Positions 1 to 36,869 of a DNA stretch of 64,000 nt are shown here, piece by piece; within the stretch, counting starts at the first letter, position 1; every line of letters begins with the position of its first letter. The position numbers and the translations under genes are program-made. Source of the stretch: Amoebidium appalachense (lineage: Eukaryota > Protista > Ichthyosporea); NCBI GenBank assembly GCA_963693365.1, contig CAVNZM010000010.1, positions 5,519,794-5,583,793 of the forward strand, written 5' to 3'. The notes beneath the pieces are model-generated. The model was not told the DNA's origin. It searched no databases and saw only the letters and a list, made by a program, of their open reading frames with translations.

Positions 1-1
1 A

Positions 2-25066
<25,065 letters not shown>

Positions 25067-25448
25067 CTGAAGGAAAAGGAAGGGAGGGAAACAAAAAAAA
25101 AAAAAAAAAAAAAAAGTAGTTAGCGATCAACATTTGGTGTGGGATAAAAGGGGGAAATGTTGCTACGGACTACGCTATTTTCTATGGTGGATGTAGAACT
25201 CTTCGAAGGAGATGGAATTCAGGGCAGTAGAAGAATAAAATGCATTCTTGGCAAATCGCGAGTGATGAGGCAAATAATGGCTCTTTACGTGGCCGGATGA
25301 TTTTTATTCTATTTTTAAAAACAGCCTGACAAACATATCGGCTGACTGGTGTGCGGATATCTTTCAGAAAAGGCTATTTACAGAACTCTGCAAACAAAGT
25401 GGCAGTACTAGTTAGATAAACAGACAGTTGGTCAACCGACAAAAGTAT

Positions 25449-25529
<81 letters not shown>

Positions 25530-25533
25530 GGGA

Positions 25534-25578
<45 letters not shown>

Positions 25579-25667
25579 AGAGGGAGAGGGAGAGGGAGAG
25601 AGAGAGAGAGAGAGAGAGAGGGAAGGAAGGAGGGAGAAGAGCCTGGGGGGGGGGGGGGGGGGATGAA

Positions 25668-25720
<53 letters not shown>

Positions 25721-25832
25721 GGGGGGGAGAGAGAGAGAGAGAGAGGGAGCGAGGGAGAGGGAGACAGAGAGAGAAAAGGTGAGAGAGAAAGAGAGAGACA
25801 GATGAGAGCGAGAGAGATAGATAGATATAGAT

Positions 25833-25872
<40 letters not shown>

Positions 25873-26422
25873 CACACACACACACACACATAGAGAGAGA
25901 GAAGGGGGGGGGGGGGGGGGAAAGAGATAGACCAGGGAGAGAGATGGAATGTGTGTGCACGTGTACTTGGTGTGTGCACACTATCTAAACAGGCAGTAAC
26001 CGTACAGACATGTATTGAAACACTAGAGAACGCAGGGCAGGTGTGGCGCGACCGAACGGGAGAAAAAGCGAAAGAGAGAGTAACCAACAGACAGAAACAG
26101 AAGGGGAGAAAAAGCGATCGAGCGGGTGAGAAAGTTTTTTTTTCCCACTTGAGTCAAGCAGGGGATAAATGAAGAGGGTGGGGTGGGGGGTTGAGGTGGT
26201 GGTAGTGGTGGTGTGGTTGGTGGTGATGGTGGTGGGGAAAGGGGGGGGGGGGGGGGGAAAGGGGGGGAGAGGTGGGTGGGAGGGGGTTGCAGGCTGCCAC
26301 AGTCAACTTGAGATGGGCACGCAGTGCCACAGTGCTCATTGAAGGTAAAGTAAGGAAGTAAAAGAATATGAATATCTAAGTGAAAATGATCAACAGAAGC
26401 AAAGTAGAGAGGCTCATCTTAC

Positions 26423-26463
26423 CCTATCGCACTCCCTGACTCGTCGTCGTTGAGGGCGCTCAT
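26423..26463 (-). other. Candidate upstream exon of the ABCC gene (MSALNDDESGSAIG, GTAAG donor)
   Basis: ATG followed by a strong GG|GTAAGA donor, but it ends in phase 2 while the next secure exon (25066) starts in phase 0. May be a 5'UTR exon, a uORF, or need an unseen exon; a good CTAAC/TTTGCAG acceptor lies near 25387. Confidence 0.3.
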
Positions 26464-27540
26464 TTCCAAGCAAGAGTTCAGCCCGGCTAACTGCTTATTT
26501 GTACTGTATATTGATATATGTACACAACGGATCAGCTACAGTTGCTCACAGCAGAGAAAGAAAGCAGCAGAAGTCGATGACAGGCAAAGCGACCCTGATG
26601 AGGTCCTGAACAAAAGTCCGGGGAGACGTGGTGTGCATTCAAATGGCACGGACCCACCCCAACACCAAAACCAAAGCTCCCCCTAGTAGATTAGGCGCAT
26701 ACGCAACCTAAAAGGCGTGCATAGAAACACGAGCGTTATATAACACTGAGTGAAAACCCTCCGTGCAGATGTACACTCACATGCACAAACTTTCTCGAGA
26801 GACCAATAGTCGCAGGTGTATGCCACACGAGGTGTGCCTGTATGTTCTGCTTTTTCTGAACTGGGAACATCACACGCACCTCTCAGAGTCTTTTACAATT
26901 TAAAATTCTAACTTTCAACTTGTGAAAAAGATGGAAATATAGAGTATGTTCTATAGATTATATTGTCTGATTATAGTACTATAAGTTATTATTAGACATA
27001 TTTGGCATATATAAGTAGAATGTAGCTGTTATAATAGCTATATATTATAATTTATACTCTAAACATTATTTTGGGGTGATACCCCACCAAAGCTGAAAGA
27101 CCCACACGCTTTTTGATCTGTTGGGAATGCAACGATTGCGCCCTACTTTGTTTTCTCGTTTGCGCGAAACGCATCATGATCAAAGACACAAGCCTTACAG
27201 TAGTTTTGTGTCTGTTTGCAACGGGGTGAGTGCACGTGAAGGCAGAACATCTATAGTGCTCGTAGAGTTTCAGCATTGGCGTGCTTGTATTAATAGAATA
27301 GCCTAAGAAGTGTAACTATTTTTGTGGAGACACCGAATATGTACAGGTTGGACCAACACCCACTCGTTTGATTATTTTTACGTTGAACCAAACCGTTTTG
27401 CGTGAGCAGCTCGGCAAAGTGAAGGCATTAGACTTTAGACCTTCCCATACGTATACACACACGACACGCAAGCTTGTATACGTTTGCATAAATTGTGACA
27501 TAGAAAACGTTAAAAGCCCCATGCAGGGCATTACGGTAAA

Positions 27541-28953
27541 ATGGACAAGGTTTCGCACGCAGAAGAAGCTGTACTGCACACTCAATCGAACCTCACAGAC
27601 GATGTGGACTTCGCAGTTCACTCTGGCGAGCAACCAAACAATGTAGCCGTTACATCACCAGCACCTATGAGCACCACGTCCACAACCAAAATCGGCTTAC
27701 GTTCTCTCTTCCACTTACCTTCGGGTGCAAAAGGAAAAGATCACGCTGGGGGACATGAAAAACCAGAAAATGGCGCACCAGGCTATAGCAAAACTGCCTC
27801 TATGCTGAAGCTCGCTGGCCTAGCGCGCTTGAAACCTATCCAACGCCCCGGCAGACACGCACGGTTATCAAAAGTCCCCGAGAAATTCGACATTGAAACA
27901 AGTGCGGGTAAAACTGGAAAGACGTCGGTAATAACGGTACTGAGGGCGGACCGCACCACCAAAACCTATCATGGCGCTGAAGCAGTTTACGCCGACCGCG
28001 AGTGGTTTGCTCGAGCGTGTGCGAACAAGGAATTTTTCTGGGTTGACGTGAGCGCACCAAACACAGATGATTTAGCAGTGATGGAAGACTTGTTTCACGT
28101 TCACCCCCTAACTACGGAGGATGTTCTGGGCACTTTCACACGTGAGAAAGTCGAAACGTACGACCTCTATCTCTTTGTGGTTCTTCAGGCACCTGCGGGG
28201 ACGGACAGCTATAACCGGCAAGAACAAAACATACACATATGCACGTACGATACCTTTGCCTTAACATTCCACGCACACGCGGCGCAGCCTATTGAAAAAA
28301 CTCTGTCTGATTTTTGCCACAACAACAGCCCTCTTCAGGCCGACTGGGTGCTGTATTCTATCATCGACACGACGACGGACCTTCTGGAGCCCGAAGCAAA
28401 CGCAATCGAAGGGGAGGTGGACGCTATAGACGAAATGATATTTTCGCTGGGGCAGCAGGATCAAGCTGACGCACTTAGGCGCATTGACATGGCGTGCAAG
28501 CAGTTGTCCAGTTTGAACCAGCGGTTGAAGCCCAAGCGAGACTTGTTGGCCATTTTGGCAGGGGCAGGCAGGGACCTTCCGGCACACGTGTCCAGAGAAA
28601 CCATGTTGTATTTGCGAGACACGCTCGATTTGGTGAGACAGTTAATGGGAAAGGTCGAAGCGAGCAGGACGGTGATAAACGGGACACAGGCGTCGTATTT
28701 TGCGCAGATTAACGTTGAAATGAGTGCATATCAGCACCAATCGTCCGAGGCCATGGGAAAGCTAGCGGTAGCATCGGTTGTTTTTCTTCCGCTGACGCTG
28801 GTTGCCGGGATGTTCGGGCAGAACGTGAGGGTGCCGTTTCAAGGCGGTGAGGATGGGATAGAGACCAATACGACTTTCATCGTGATTTGTGTTTTGAACG
28901 TGGTTATGGCTGTGGCAATAGTGGCGTGGGCAAAACGTGCTAAGTTGATTTGA
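27541..28953 (+). CDS. corA: CorA / Alr1-Mnr2 family divalent cation (Mg2+) transporter, single exon, 470 aa
   Basis: FWVDVSAP, FHVHPLTTEDVL, REKVE, DWVLYSIID, LYLRDTLD, TM1 ending LPLTLVAGMFGQNVRVP, and a C-terminal TM2. Resembles fungal Alr1/Mnr2 type. No introns or microsatellites. Confidence 0.93.
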   Translation: MDKVSHAEEAVLHTQSNLTDDVDFAVHSGEQPNNVAVTSPAPMSTTSTTKIGLRSLFHLPSGAKGKDHAGGHEKPENGAPGYSKTASMLKLAGLARLKPIQRPGRHARLSKVPEKFDIETSAGKTGKTSVITVLRADRTTKTYHGAEAVYADREWFARACANKEFFWVDVSAPNTDDLAVMEDLFHVHPLTTEDVLGTFTREKVETYDLYLFVVLQAPAGTDSYNRQEQNIHICTYDTFALTFHAHAAQPIEKTLSDFCHNNSPLQADWVLYSIIDTTTDLLEPEANAIEGEVDAIDEMIFSLGQQDQADALRRIDMACKQLSSLNQRLKPKRDLLAILAGAGRDLPAHVSRETMLYLRDTLDLVRQLMGKVEASRTVINGTQASYFAQINVEMSAYQHQSSEAMGKLAVASVVFLPLTLVAGMFGQNVRVPFQGGEDGIETNTTFIVICVLNVVMAVAIVAWAKRAKLI

Positions 28954-29400
28954 GCACTATGGCAGATAACGTCCGACACACAACCTCACACACGTACCCA
29001 CTTACGTTTCTCCCTTCCTCCGGATACCCATGCGCACACAAGTGGATTTGGGGCTGGTTTTCTTTTCATCTTTTCATGGACTGCAACCTTGGGGTACAAT
29101 GATTTTCGGGGAGACGGCGAACTGTATGTGACCCATGGTATTGCACCCTTTTTTTTAAAACTGTATCAACGTGGTTATGGCGTGGCAATAGTGGTATGGG
29201 CTAATGGCGCCAAGCTGATTAGAGCATGCAGACCCCCTTAGCACAAACACACACACACCTGCCCGTCCACATCTCTTCTTTCCCGTTTGGATATGTTCAC
29301 ACACACAGACAGGTTTGTGTGTGTTCTCTTTTTAACTGCAACCATGGGATGTAGCTTATGAGAAGCTGTGGAGACAGAAAGCGGTACGTATGCTTTGCTA
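28897..29400 (+). repeat. Diverged tandem duplication (~271-bp period) of the CorA C-terminus and 3'UTR
   Basis: AACGTGGTTATGGC(T)GTGGCAATAGTGG at 28897 and 29168; downstream ACTGCAACC and GGAGAC blocks are also collinear. Confidence 0.75.
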
Positions 29401-29991
29401 TTTGATGATGATGTTGTTGGCTTTGCGTGTTTTAAATGAGTGCGGCTGTTTCACGTGAGGTTAACGTTTTCAGACATCTGTGATGTGTACCTGAACAAGT
29501 GGATATCAGTACTATATGTTACTCTCTTTCCGCAATGCGGCACCTCGTGTTCTGAGTACTTAAAACTGACAGCAGAATGCGCAGAAATGAAGTTAGCCTT
29601 AGCCTCAAGCTGTCTGTGAAGGCAAAGAGGCTTCCCCCCTTCCCCCACTCATCCCCCCCCTCCCCCAGGTGCTTCCTTCAGCCAGCCCATGCTTATGGCA
29701 CCTGGATGCATACGTATTCGGTAGGCCCTGGTTTTGAGCTGTTAATCCTGGCACACGTGTTCCTAAGGCGAAGGCTTCTTGGCCCAATTGCAACCTTGTC
29801 TAAAACCACCCCCTTCCCCCCCCCTCCCTCCCCCTCCCCCCCCCCCCCTCCCCCCCCCCCCCCCCCCTCCCTCCCCTCCCCCCCCCCCCCTCCCCGCTTC
29901 CCGTGTGAAAGCTTTTGGGGAAAAAAAAACCAACAAAAAAGCGGCATCCACCATGTACAAATTCAGGTCTCCTCGTCGTGTCATCTCAAAT

Positions 29992-30053
29992 TATTTCGGT
30001 ATTCACACTGAGAGCGAAAAACTATTTCGGTATTCACACTGAGAGCGAAAAAC
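29992..30053. repeat. Perfect 31-bp tandem duplication
   Basis: TATTTCGGTATTCACACTGAGAGCGAAAAAC x2. Confidence 0.95.
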
Positions 30054-30194
30054 TATGGCTGTGGCATGTATATGATTTCCGGAGGGAGCTCCAGGCTCCA
30101 GGCTCTGAGATTTGCCAATGTATAGACATTTTGCGCTTTTTTCACATTCGTAGATATCCGAAAGAAACTATCCTCTCATTGATCGCCTCACTTG

Positions 30195-31175
30195 TTAATC
30201 ATTGGCAACATTGCCCTCTGCACGCCGACGCAGTTTCATAATATTGTTGTGCTCCATAGTTCTAACCTTTCCGGGACCAAGCAGACGGATCTTGATGATG
30301 CCATAGGCACTACCGTCAATAAGTGGAGCCGTCTTGATCTCTGCCAAAACACCCTCTACCTTGTTGACGTCTGTGCAGGAATCAACGGTGTCTTCCTGGT
30401 TTTTGTCTGGGGAACTCTGAAGCTCACGTTCTGTCTGGCGGCGAAGGAAAGCCTGACGGAAGCCGGTTCTTGGCTTGGTCTCGCTTTCGGGTGGACTGTC
30501 ACCCTCGCTCGGCGAGCTTGCAGCCCGGCAGAGTTGAGGTTCACTTGCACCCAAGGGAGAGTGGCCGACGTTGCCCAAGTTGCGCTTGCCGGCAGGTGAA
30601 AGGGAAGGTGAAGATGGAGCGGAAACTGAAGTGTCTGCACGCTTGCCGATTGAGCGTGGCATGTCAAGGGGGGTCGAATTGGCTCGGCTACGGGAAGAAG
30701 TAAAACTACCCAGAGGCCCAGATGCACCCATGAACCGTTTTTTGCGTTCGGAAAAGGGGGTGGAGGGTTCGCTGCCTGATGTCGCTTCTGTAGTGGCCGA
30801 TGTGACGGCCGCTCGGTCGGTTTGTGTAAGTAGTTCCACCTCGAAACGTTGCCTGCCAATGTCACAAGTGTCGGATCCCGTCCCGATCTGCATGTCTTCG
30901 CTTGTGTGGGTGAGGCAAATGGCAGAGCCCTTCCTAAGACTTGCCAACGAAGGTGGGGGTAGAGGACTACCCGGCCCCGCCGAAGTCGGAAGCTTGTGCA
31001 CGGCCAGCGGGCTGCTTATAACGAGCCTGCTTGACGACTGCGACGTGGCATCACGAGAGTTGGTGCCTGAGATACCTGTGGCCTTCTCTTGCATGGCCTC
31101 CCAAAACCTGGCTGGGATCATCTTAAACGAACGGGTTCGTGAAGTGACAGGAGGGCTCTTCTCTGTTTCAGCCAT
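30195..31175 (-). CDS. Hypothetical Ser/Pro/Arg-rich, probably disordered protein (326 aa); may be spliced at either end
   Basis: Long repeat-free ORF with coding-like composition. An acceptor (CTTTGTAG, ~31181) lies 5 nt before the ATG. No recognisable domain. Possible donor at PGK|GTTAGA with in-frame candidate exons near 29714-29799 and 29490-29613. Confidence 0.65.
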   Translation of the reverse strand: MAETEKSPPVTSRTRSFKMIPARFWEAMQEKATGISGTNSRDATSQSSSRLVISSPLAVHKLPTSAGPGSPLPPPSLASLRKGSAICLTHTSEDMQIGTGSDTCDIGRQRFEVELLTQTDRAAVTSATTEATSGSEPSTPFSERKKRFMGASGPLGSFTSSRSRANSTPLDMPRSIGKRADTSVSAPSSPSLSPAGKRNLGNVGHSPLGASEPQLCRAASSPSEGDSPPESETKPRTGFRQAFLRRQTERELQSSPDKNQEDTVDSCTDVNKVEGVLAEIKTAPLIDGSAYGIIKIRLLGPGKVRTMEHNNIMKLRRRAEGNVAND

Positions 31176-31583
31176 CTCACCTACAAAGTAAAGAGTCTGG
31201 CAGTAGTATGGAAACTCGTTGGTGTTTTGGTCTTGAATTCGCTAGAGAACCCTTTAGCACCAGGCTGTCTGTGTGGCTTTGCATCCCTGGGAACAGGTTA
31301 ACCCAGATCCTGCCTACTGATATTAGTATGTTTAACAGTGCATGTGCTCAAAAAGTAGTTGGGAGAAAGCTTCGAACGTTTACTATGAGATTCAAAAGGG
31401 AATTGATGATCATTCACCACCCTATTATAACAGAGCTCTCTCGAGCACCTTTGCTTGGCGGTAAAGTGTTGAATAAAGCGGAGGACAGAACAGGATTCTT
31501 ACCGAGACTGCGTTTTGAATTTAAAGCAGTATAACTGACATAGCAAACCGAAGAGGCAAGTATTCTAAGTTCTCAATCAAACC

Positions 31584-31925
31584 TGAGTCATCAGCTGGAG
31601 AGTTGAACCTGTCAAAAGGGTAGCACCCAACAAGCACACGAGACCGAAAGCGTCGGTGTTAGCCAGAGGGAGCTTTCGCGCCAACATCAGGCTTACGTAA
31701 AAACAGCCAATACACTAGCAATTAAAATAACCAAATATAGTTATTTTGTTGTGATTGGATAAACCCGCAGACGTTGTAGTCACTCTCCCTGCGGCCCGGC
31801 TCAACATACCTTGTATGTTGCCGCAGTAGTAGTGCTCAGCCACTTACGTAAGCCAGTGGGTACATAGCCTTGGAGACTAGGTTACGTAAGCGTTCTCAGC
31901 TGACTCAGTTGCTGGCTGACTCGAA
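31584..31925. promoter_or_regulatory. Cluster of bZIP-type palindromes with E2F-like and CCAAT sites
   Basis: TTACGTAA x3 (31693, 31844, 31882), TGAGTCA 31584, TGACTCA 31901, TTTCGCGC 31674, CCAAT/ATTGG near 31707 and 31754. Lies upstream of the minus-strand ORF. Confidence 0.45.
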
Positions 31926-32213
31926 ACTTGCGAAAAACAGACCCTACCTTTCTACACAGAGAAAAAGAAGAGGAGGCAAGCTGACCGACTTCACTATAAT
32001 AACTACTACGGAAGAATTTATCATACTATTGATGGAGGTATTCTTCATACGGCATGCAATTGCCTTTTGAACGAGCAGGGAAAGAAGCTCACGGCAAAGA
32101 TTTGGGGGTCATGAAGGTGCACCTCAAGGGATTGTGGTAGACGGAAGGTGGGGAGGGGGCTGTGGCAGAGAGAGGGAGATTGAGGGGAGGGGGTCGGGGG
32201 GAGGGGTAGGGGA

Positions 32214-32285
<72 letters not shown>

Positions 32286-32311
32286 CGAGAGCGAGAGAGA
32301 GAGAGAGCGAG

Positions 32312-32346
<35 letters not shown>

Positions 32347-32650
32347 GAAAGGGGGAGAGGGAGAGAGGGAGGGAGAGAGAGGGGGGGGGGGGGAGAGAGA
32401 GAGAGAGGGAGAGAGAGGGAAGGGAAAGAGAGAGAGAGAGAGAGAGAGAGATAGAAGGGAGAGGGGGGGGGGGGGGAGAGAGAGAGAGGGGGGGGGAGAG
32501 AGAGACGAGAGAGAGAGAAGCCAGAGGTGGCGAGTTTTTCTTTGTTTTTTGTTTTTTTTTTGGGGGGGGGAGGAGGGAGGGAGAGGGGGAGGGGGGTGGG
32601 GGGGGGGGGGGCATGACTGATGATGGGCTGAGAGAGTCGTGAATTCTTGT

Positions 32651-32713
<63 letters not shown>

Positions 32714-32868
32714 TGTGCGTGTGTGCGCGCGCGCACGCGGTGTGTGTTTGTGTCACGTATGTGTGGGTGTGCGTGTCTGTGTGTTCTGTGTGCGTGCGTG
32801 TGCGTGCTTGCGTGCATGCGTTTGTGTGGGTGTGTGTGTGTGTTTGGTGGGGGGGTATGGGGGAGAGA

Positions 32869-32899
<31 letters not shown>

Positions 32900-33169
32900 A
32901 TGGGGGCGGGGTACAGGGATACTGAACTAGTGGTGCCGGTGAGAGTAACCCAAGACCGGCCACGGGCCTGAGCTTGAGCGGACTGGGGTGCGCTGCTTCA
33001 AACAAGTTGTCCGACTGATGGAGAAGTTTTACGGCAATAGATATAACACACCCACAAAATAGAAGCTCTCTTTGTTATCAAAGTTGGTTGATTTCTGAAA
33101 GGGCCCCCTGGTTGCAGCTGGGGCCCTTGTTATATGTCGGTAGATCTGACAGCTTTTTTCCCTGCCTAA

Positions 33170-34143
33170 ATGTTATACGAGTATATGGGAACGTCTTTGG
33201 CAAGTTTTACAAGCATTGGAGGAAGACTACCCGCCACCCACGATTATGACAAACGGGCCATGTGTATATATTACGTAAACACACAACCGTACGCACGTCT
33301 ACAAGTTCAAGCCCATAATGCTAACGCGCTGGGCGCCGGGGACCCTAATGTCATGCTTGCGCAAGTCGATTCTGCCAATCGCGCACTGCGTGTAATGAGC
33401 AGCTGTTGCCGCTGCTCTCCCCGTTGAAGGTCGGAGACAGCTGCGATAAGTTGCTAGAAGAAAAAGAAGAAGAAAAAAGCACACAGTTACAGTTATGCGT
33501 GTGTATTTTCCCTGACTTATGCATTTACTAGTCGAGGCTGTTGTCCTGTGGGTTTGAGGCGAAGCGCTCCATGGCTCTCCAGGACGCAGCATCTAAGCCA
33601 ATAAGGCTATGGTCTGATGGTAGTTAAGCTCCCGAGGGTTGGGGCAAGGGCAGTCATCGAGCCACTCAAACAGTGAACGTAACTTGGAGCACATCGAGTA
33701 GAGCCCTAAATTGTGTCTTTACCGAAGCACACGTTAATATTTCTGAGCCTAGCTCATATTCGTTCTCAGAAGCCAGCTGGTTACCATCTTCACATCAGCA
33801 ATGCCAGTTTGAGTCTCAGCAAGGTGACTGTGGTTCTTATTCATGCACTATACACTACTTCAGGGTAAGTGTTATTATGCACCCCCCTTCCTCCCTCCCC
33901 CCCTCTCCCCGCCGCCGCTGTACTTTACTGCCTCTACCCTTCGCTCGTGCAACTCCCCTCCCCCACCCTCCCACCCCCTCCCCGTCCCCAAATTACTCTT
34001 TTTCCGCACATGCACCACCCGCTGCACATGCTTTTTCAATCACCCATTCCGTCATATTACGACCGAGATCCTTCTTTTGTGCTCTTTTTCTCTTCCCTTG
34101 ACCATTTCTTAACACTACCTGAGAATGGCCCCCCCCCCCCCCC

Positions 34144-34180
<37 letters not shown>

Positions 34181-35061
34181 TTTCTTGTTTTCTGTTTTGG
34201 CCCTTTTTGCCCCTCGTGTTGTCACTCAGACCCCTCTCCAATATGTCCAATGCCCCTACACCTGTGCATCCACAGGCACGACCTGCCCCTTGTGCTCTTT
34301 TTGGAGGAGAAGGATACATAATTTCTCCTGCGTTTCTATGTCCCAAAATAGTTGCAGGAACCATTTTTGTCCACGAGCCCCCCCCCCCCCCCCTCCCCTC
34401 CCTCCCTCCCTCCCTTCCTCCCCCTAACCATCACCACCACCACCCCAACCGCCACCAACCCTTTTCCCATAAGCATCCTCCCACCCCCTCTCCATGCAAG
34501 AGCAAAGGTTGTGGAAATGGAATAACTGTTAGACTTTGCTTGTTCTCTCTATTCACACACACACACACACAAAAACACACACACACACTCTCTCTCTCTC
34601 TCCCTCCCTCCCTCCTTCCCTCCCTCTCTCTGGGTCTCTCTCTCTCTCTCTTTCTCTCTCTCTCCCCCCTCCCCCCTCCCCCCCTCTCCCTCTCCCTCTC
34701 CCTCCCTCCCCCCCCCCCTTCCTCTCCCTGTCCCCCTCCCTCCCTCTCTCTCTTCCTACCTCCCCCCCCTCTCTCTCTTCTCTCTCTCTCTCCCTCCATA
34801 TATTTTTCTTGCTTCTGCTTACTGCTGCACCTCTCCCTCCAATCCTCCCCCCTCCCGTCTCCCCCCCCCTCCCCCCCCCCCCCCCCCCCCTACTCACCAC
34901 CGTCCCACATGCACATACGGCTCCTCTCTTTTCCTCTTTCTGCCTCTCCTCCTCTTTCCTCCCTTCCTTCCTCTCCCCTCCCCCTCCTCTCCCCGCTGTC
35001 TGTCTCCCCATCCCCTCTCTCCCTCCCTTCCCCTTTCCCTCTTTTCTCTCTTACACCCTCT

Positions 35062-35096
<35 letters not shown>

Positions 35097-35999
35097 CCCC
35101 CGACTTAGGTATCGACGGGGGAGCTTCCTAGAAGCCCCGTCTCCTGAGTTCCTATCTATATTTTTCTTGCTTCTGCTTACTGCTGCAACTTTAACCCCCG
35201 GCCTTTCCCACTGCCCTTGCCTGCATAAGCAACCCTGCTCGTCTCTGATCAAGACGGGTGACCTACTCAATGTTCAAGTGAAACAGTATCTGAGTTGGGT
35301 TTCGTTAACGAGGGGAATAGGTCGAAACTCGGGTACTGTGGATGACGTGGGCCCCCCCTACGGGTGACCTACTCATGTTCAAGTGAAACAGTATCTGAGT
35401 TGGGTTTCGTTAACGAGGGGAATAGGTCGAAACTCGGGTACTGTGGATGACGTGGGCCCCCCCTTAGGATGGGCTCTGCTTATTATGCATACTCTTTATG
35501 TATGGCTTGCATTCTGCATCGTGTTATCCGTTTGTTCTTGTGTACTTCGTACTTTTTGGACGCATTCAAACCCCCCCCTCCCCCCCCCCCCCCCCCACCC
35601 CCACCCCACCCCCCCAACACCCCCCAACACACACACCCTCTGTAGTCTCAGTGACACACACACACACACTCCCTCTATCTCCCGCTCCTCCCCCTCCCCC
35701 TCGTCCCTCTCTCTCTCTGTCTCTCTCTCTGTGTGTGTGTGTGTGCTTGTGTGTGTGTATGTGTGCGTGTGTGCCAGTGTGTGTGTCTGTGTGGGTGGTT
35801 AGGTTGATGGGTGTATGGGTACCCCCCCTGCTTCCCCCCAGGCCACCCTTCGTGCACTTTCTAAACACCTTTTCAACACAATATGATACCGCATCACCCT
35901 TCTGCCCATATTTCTTTGCTCTGCAATCCCTTGAGGTTTCCTTCCCTGCTGTGTCCTCTTTGGTGTTCTGTCCCTTTTTTACACGTTCACCTAACCCTC

Positions 36000-36030
<31 letters not shown>

Positions 36031-36088
36031 CCCTCCGTTCACCCACATACTCACACACACCCACACACACACGAAATGAAGGAGTTTT

Positions 36089-36119
<31 letters not shown>

Positions 36120-36271
36120 GGGGGGGAGGGAGAACGCGCACGCGAGAGAGAGAGAGAGAGAGAGGAGAGAGACGCAGAACAAAAAGACCTGTATGATATG
36201 GGCTGTATGCTGGCTGGAGGAGGGAGATTTGTGTCTTACGGTAAGTCGGCTGTAAAACTTGCTCGTGTGTG

Positions 36272-36358
<87 letters not shown>

Positions 36359-36555
36359 CGCGCACGCGCATGCGCATGCGCACATGGCTGGGTGTGCGTG
36401 TGTGTGTGTGTGTGTCCGTGTCTGTGTCTGTGTCTGTGTCTGTGTGTCTGTGTACATGCATGTGTGCGTTGTGTGTCTCTGTGTGCGCGCGTACGTGTGT
36501 GTGTGTGCATACACTGTTTTCGATCTCTGTGCTTATTTCCCAACTATCAGTCACA

Positions 36556-36604
<49 letters not shown>

Positions 36605-36834
36605 ACACACACAGCACAAAAGACATTGCTTGAATAAACGTTTTTCTAGCCCCTGGCTATGTGTCTATTGACACAGAAACCTCCATCAACAAAGAAATTC
36701 GTATTACAGTATTCCTCGTCGTGGCAGTGGTACTGGCATGTGTAAAGTGAATGCCCCTTTAGGTAAGTGCATGCGCTTTTACACACACACCTCAATCGCC
36801 ACTGCAGCTGGTATGTGAACCTACACTCAACCAC

Positions 36835-36869
<35 letters not shown>

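Noticed and set aside
30571-31191. 206-aa plus-strand ORF
   Set aside because: Antisense shadow of the longer minus-strand ORF.
35245-35464. Hammerhead ribozyme or tRNA
   Set aside because: CTGATCA rather than CTGATGA, stems do not assemble around the GAAA core, and no cloverleaf is visible.
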